Of a stretch of DNA of 64,000 nucleotides, positions 60,940 to 64,000 are shown piece by piece (positions within the stretch are counted from its first letter, which is position 1; the number at the start of each line of letters is the position of its first letter). The DNA lies in NCBI RefSeq assembly GCF_044704955.1, contig NC_091983.1, positions 179,986,001-180,050,000 of the forward strand, in the 5' to 3' direction. Origin of the DNA: Pristiophorus japonicus (taxonomy: Eukaryota). The notes under the pieces are model-generated. The model ran no database searches and was not told the DNA's origin. It was given only the letters and a program-made list of their open reading frames with translations. The position numbers and the translations under genes were made by a program.

Positions 60940-61116
60940 CTGAGCAACATAAGCAGTGTCAGAAATGAGCGAGAAGCTATCCAACTCTCCATGGCTAATG
61001 TAGGTTTGAAGAAGAATGTTCACTTTCCCGTAGCTGTTCTCTACTCCACCTGCGACAGACAGCTCACAGTAATTACATAGCAGTTGATCGAGCTCCTCCA
61101 TCTCTTCCTCTCTCAC
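60940..61116 (-). CDS. ASCC3: ASCC3 internal coding exon (177 bp, phase 0-0), first Sec63 domain
   Basis: Translates VREEEMEELDQLLCNYCELSVAGGVENSYGKVNILLQTYISHGELDSFSLISDTAYVAQ, matching vertebrate ASCC3 as recalled; acceptor AG at 61118-61117, donor GTAAG from 60939. Confidence 0.95.
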
Positions 61117-62297
61117 CTGTGGCAACCCATAGAAACACACTACGTTTAACACCAAGACATTATTTACAGCAGGCATCCTTAATAACACTCAGACCTCACC
61201 CTGCAAAACAAAAAGGACATGTTAGTCCCACCAAACATTGTCAACCGCCCCCCTCCCCCACCCCTGGGGTTTTTTGCAACAAGTTCTTAACCAAGATGAT
61301 GCAGTTAAAATATATTTAGAAAAGATGTGACAAGGTTCCATTATTGATGGTTTGTGACCAAGATAAGGTGTTCTGAGTTCGGGTAAAGTACGATGTTGGA
61401 AAAAAATTGGCTTAAAAAAAAAAGGAAAAAATGTTTCAGGCTGGAAAGATAAAGCGACAATGTGCCAAGGGATTGTTTTTGATGTTATTAGTTGCATATA
61501 GCAATTTTAACTGACAAAAATGAAAATGAAAACAAAAATGAAAAAAAAATACCTTGTGGTATATTAGCTAGATTTTCCACTAATTGGTTATGAGTGGATG
61601 GAAAATCTATCCCTCTTATGTAGTTAAAAACATTTCTAATCTTCACAAAGAATTTACAGATTTTGGTAAAATTCCCCATGAAAGCCGTTACACTAAAATA
61701 CATTCTGGTAAAAAGTATTTTTAATCCTTGTAATAAATTACTTAAAAGTAAAAGTCTATGTAAATGTGCAGGAAAATCAGCTTAATTTTACTCAACTAAA
61801 CTCGTGATTTTAAAAATATCTCTGTGGAGCTTTAAATAAAATATTGTTGACACAGTATTAAAAGGTGCAGTCAAGGTAATGTCAGTTTGACCAAATCTTC
61901 CTCTGATTTATATTCTAATGTTTCGGCTATTCAGTTCAACATGTAATTGGTTTTATTGATTCCACCAATAGCAACTCAGGAAACAAGAAGTCAATCAGTA
62001 ATGGCTGCCAATCTTCTGGCATGCAGGCAACACTGGCAATCGAATGATTTAAAAGTAATTATACGGTTACCACTAATTGCAATAGGTTATCAAGGACCAA
62101 TAAGGTTTATTGGTCACATGCATCCCATGGCCCAATCAAGTCTTCCAAAAAGAATGGGTAAAGACAATTTTTCATAATTAGGTCATTAAGGTATATAATT
62201 TGGGGATATAGTGAGCTAAATCTCCAAATTTGCAGTTAAACCAAAATAGGGAATGTGGCAAATAGCAAGGGATGATGCAATCAAATATTTAAGGTAT

Positions 62298-62475
62298 AAA
62301 AACAGAAAATGCTGGAAATCTCAGCGGGTCAAGCAGCATCTGTAGAGAGAAAGAGTTAACGTTTCAGGTCCATGACCCTTCGTCAGAACTAGCGAATGTT
62401 CGAAATGAACACTGAAAGGAGGAGGGGAAAAAAGAACAAAAGGGAAGGTCTGTGATAGGGTGGTATTCAGGAGAG
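62298..62475 (-). mobile_element. 178-bp Penelope-like terminal fragment
   Basis: 13-bp TSD ATATTTAAGGTAT at 62285-62297 and 62476-62488; homologous to 1790-1886. Confidence 0.75.
62354..62390 (-). ncRNA. minimal type I hammerhead ribozyme motif (Penelope type, dimer-dependent)
   Basis: RNA AGUU-CUGACGA-A-GGGUC-AUG-GACCU-GAAA-CG-UU-AACU: core CUGANGA/GAAA/UH, 5-bp helix II, 4-bp helix I (AGUU/AACU), loopless palindromic helix III. Confidence 0.65.
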
Positions 62476-62812
62476 ATATTTAAGGTATTTAAGGTAACTG
62501 AACCAATAGGTAACAGATATAATTTGACTGGAATTAGTATAGAATTCGTGGAAGCAAAGAACCAATAAAAGGGAATAATAGTAAAGTATGCCAATCAAAG
62601 TTCTAGTGCTTATAGTGGATAAATCAATTACATCTTTAGTAAAGTGGTTACCTGCAGATTTTAAAAAAATGGCAAATAAGGTACGGGGTTACATTAGCAG
62701 GGTAATAGTGCACAAATAAAGAAAGGTGGTATTGTTGCTGAACAAAGTTAATCAAGCTATATTTTGGACCACTTTGTGCAGTTGGGGTCTAATCAGAAGA
62801 GGTATGATATTA

Positions 62813-63026
62813 CCTCGAGTCTCGTCACCGAGAGCATGCAGAAATCAAGCGCAGGCAGCGGAAAGAACATGCGGCAAACCAGTCCCACCCATTACCTTCC
62901 CTCAACGACTATCTATCCCACCTGTGACAGAGACCGTGGTTCTTGTATTGGACTGTTCAGCCACCGAAGAACTCATGTTAAGAGTGGAAGCAAGTCTTCC
63001 TCGATTCCGAGGGACTGCCTACGATA
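62813..63026 (+). mobile_element. RTE LINE 3' fragment related to 39775-43051
   Basis: AGCGCAGGCAGCGGAAAGA...GGACTGTTCAGCCAC...GAGTGGAAGCAAGTCTTCCTCGATTCCGAGGGACTGCCTA aligns to 42830-43040. Confidence 0.85.
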
Positions 63027-63669
63027 TTACCGTCAAAAGTATACAGTATGAGCAAAGATGATTTTGGATATCAGGAACTGAGATTATGAGGAAAGGGAAA
63101 GAAAGTTCAGCTTGCTGTCTTTGAAAAAGAGACAATTTTCCACTACAGTGAAATATTAAATGACTCGGGTACAAAAGTTAAAAATGAGTATATTACAAGT
63201 AATTGTGGAAAGCAGGCTAATAGATCTGCTGAACTGTTACCTGGGAAGACATTGAAAGAGATAGCATAAATGGCTTCAAAATTCAATTTAAAAGGTTTCT
63301 GGAGAAAGAACTGAGATATGCTAAAAGTTGATGGAGGAAAATTGCTCTGTAAAAGGTGGGGCTTGTTGGGCATAATGTCATTTTCTTGATTCTAAAACTT
63401 CTAATGTTCATAAAACTATTAATATCAAATGGAAGCACTCAAAAACAGTGTTAATCTATAATAGCATGAACCCACACTCCAATATGCTCCAGGATAACCA
63501 AGCATTTTGTGTTATATGCTTCAGGATAATGAACAAGGAATGCAGGCACCTTTAATCAAAGACTTGAACAAAAAATACTTGGTGAAATATTGATATGGAA
63601 GCCTCCCAGAAAAAGGGAATGAATTATTTCAAAATTGGATGCTCCTTAGTTAGTAAAGTCAAAGCAACT

Positions 63670-64000
63670 GGGGGTAGTTTCCGCTTTGGTGCAACTGCCG
63701 ATTTCAGCACAAATTATGCCCGTTTAAGTGTTTTTTTCCCCTTGCGTTTCCGTTCAAATTAATTTGCATAGTGCTGAATGAAAAATCTACCATGAATCAG
63801 CACAATCGGGCAGCAGTTCAAAACATAATTTTTTTTTTTAAATTTGCGTTAAAAATTTATCCTTCATATATTTAAAAGTGGGAACTTGATGAAGTTTGAT
63901 TAAAACAGCTTAAAATAGGTTTCACACAAAAATAAGCATTTTTAATCACAGTGTCAATCCACCACCTCTGAGTCACAGGCAGTCCCTTGGAATTGAGGAA
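63670..64000. mobile_element. possible left end of another Harbinger-type MITE running off the window
   Basis: GGGGGTAGTTTCC start, then a GC-rich subterminus and AT-rich core like the other MITEs. Confidence 0.3.

Larger units (their letters stand above)
62200..63420 (+). mobile_element. very old CR1 remnant hosting Penelope-like and RTE inserts
   Basis: Degenerate ATCTCCAAATTTGCAG (ISKFA), GCAAATAAGGTACGGGGTTACATTAGCAGG, GATTATGAGGAAAG. Confidence 0.5.

Noticed and set aside
162-61116. Assignment to the paralogue SNRNP200/Brr2
   Set aside because: Residues [40 protein letters not shown] and HHVNIGLKVKQCV match ASCC3 as recalled, not Brr2 (EKYPPPTELL..., GKTICAEFAI).
62476-62496. CRISPR-like or functional tandem repeat (TATTTAAGGTA three times); also small duplications near 19910, 49110 and 9270
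   Set aside because: Explained by a TSD plus local slippage; no repeat-spacer periodicity, and the context is eukaryotic.

Overview
Eukaryotic, repeat-dense vertebrate DNA. The repeat families point to a cartilaginous fish (shark or ray), which is an inference. The only host gene is an internal part of ASCC3 (Ski2-like helicase of the ASC-1 complex) on the minus strand. Six GT-AG coding exons (61116-60940, 33943-33718, 27559-27405, 6934-6836, 1664-1496, 382-162) splice in one frame. They encode most of the first Sec63 domain and the start of the second helicase cassette (Q-motif, Walker [10 protein letters not shown]). The introns (up to about 27 kb) hold decayed and often nested transposons: many CR1-type LINEs (one full length with esterase ORF1), a second CR1-clade family, an RTE LINE, L2 and Gypsy remnants, DeuSINE-like and other tRNA-SINEs, two PIF/Harbinger elements with transposase and Myb-like remnants, and many Harbinger-type MITEs. 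Two tiny TSD-flanked Penelope-like inserts each carry a minimal hammerhead ribozyme motif in the ASCC3 sense orientation. Repeat-free AT-rich islands are candidate conserved enhancers, possibly for SIM1. No prokaryotic system, CRISPR array, rRNA or true tRNA was seen. TE boundaries were read by eye and are approximate unless a TSD is quoted.
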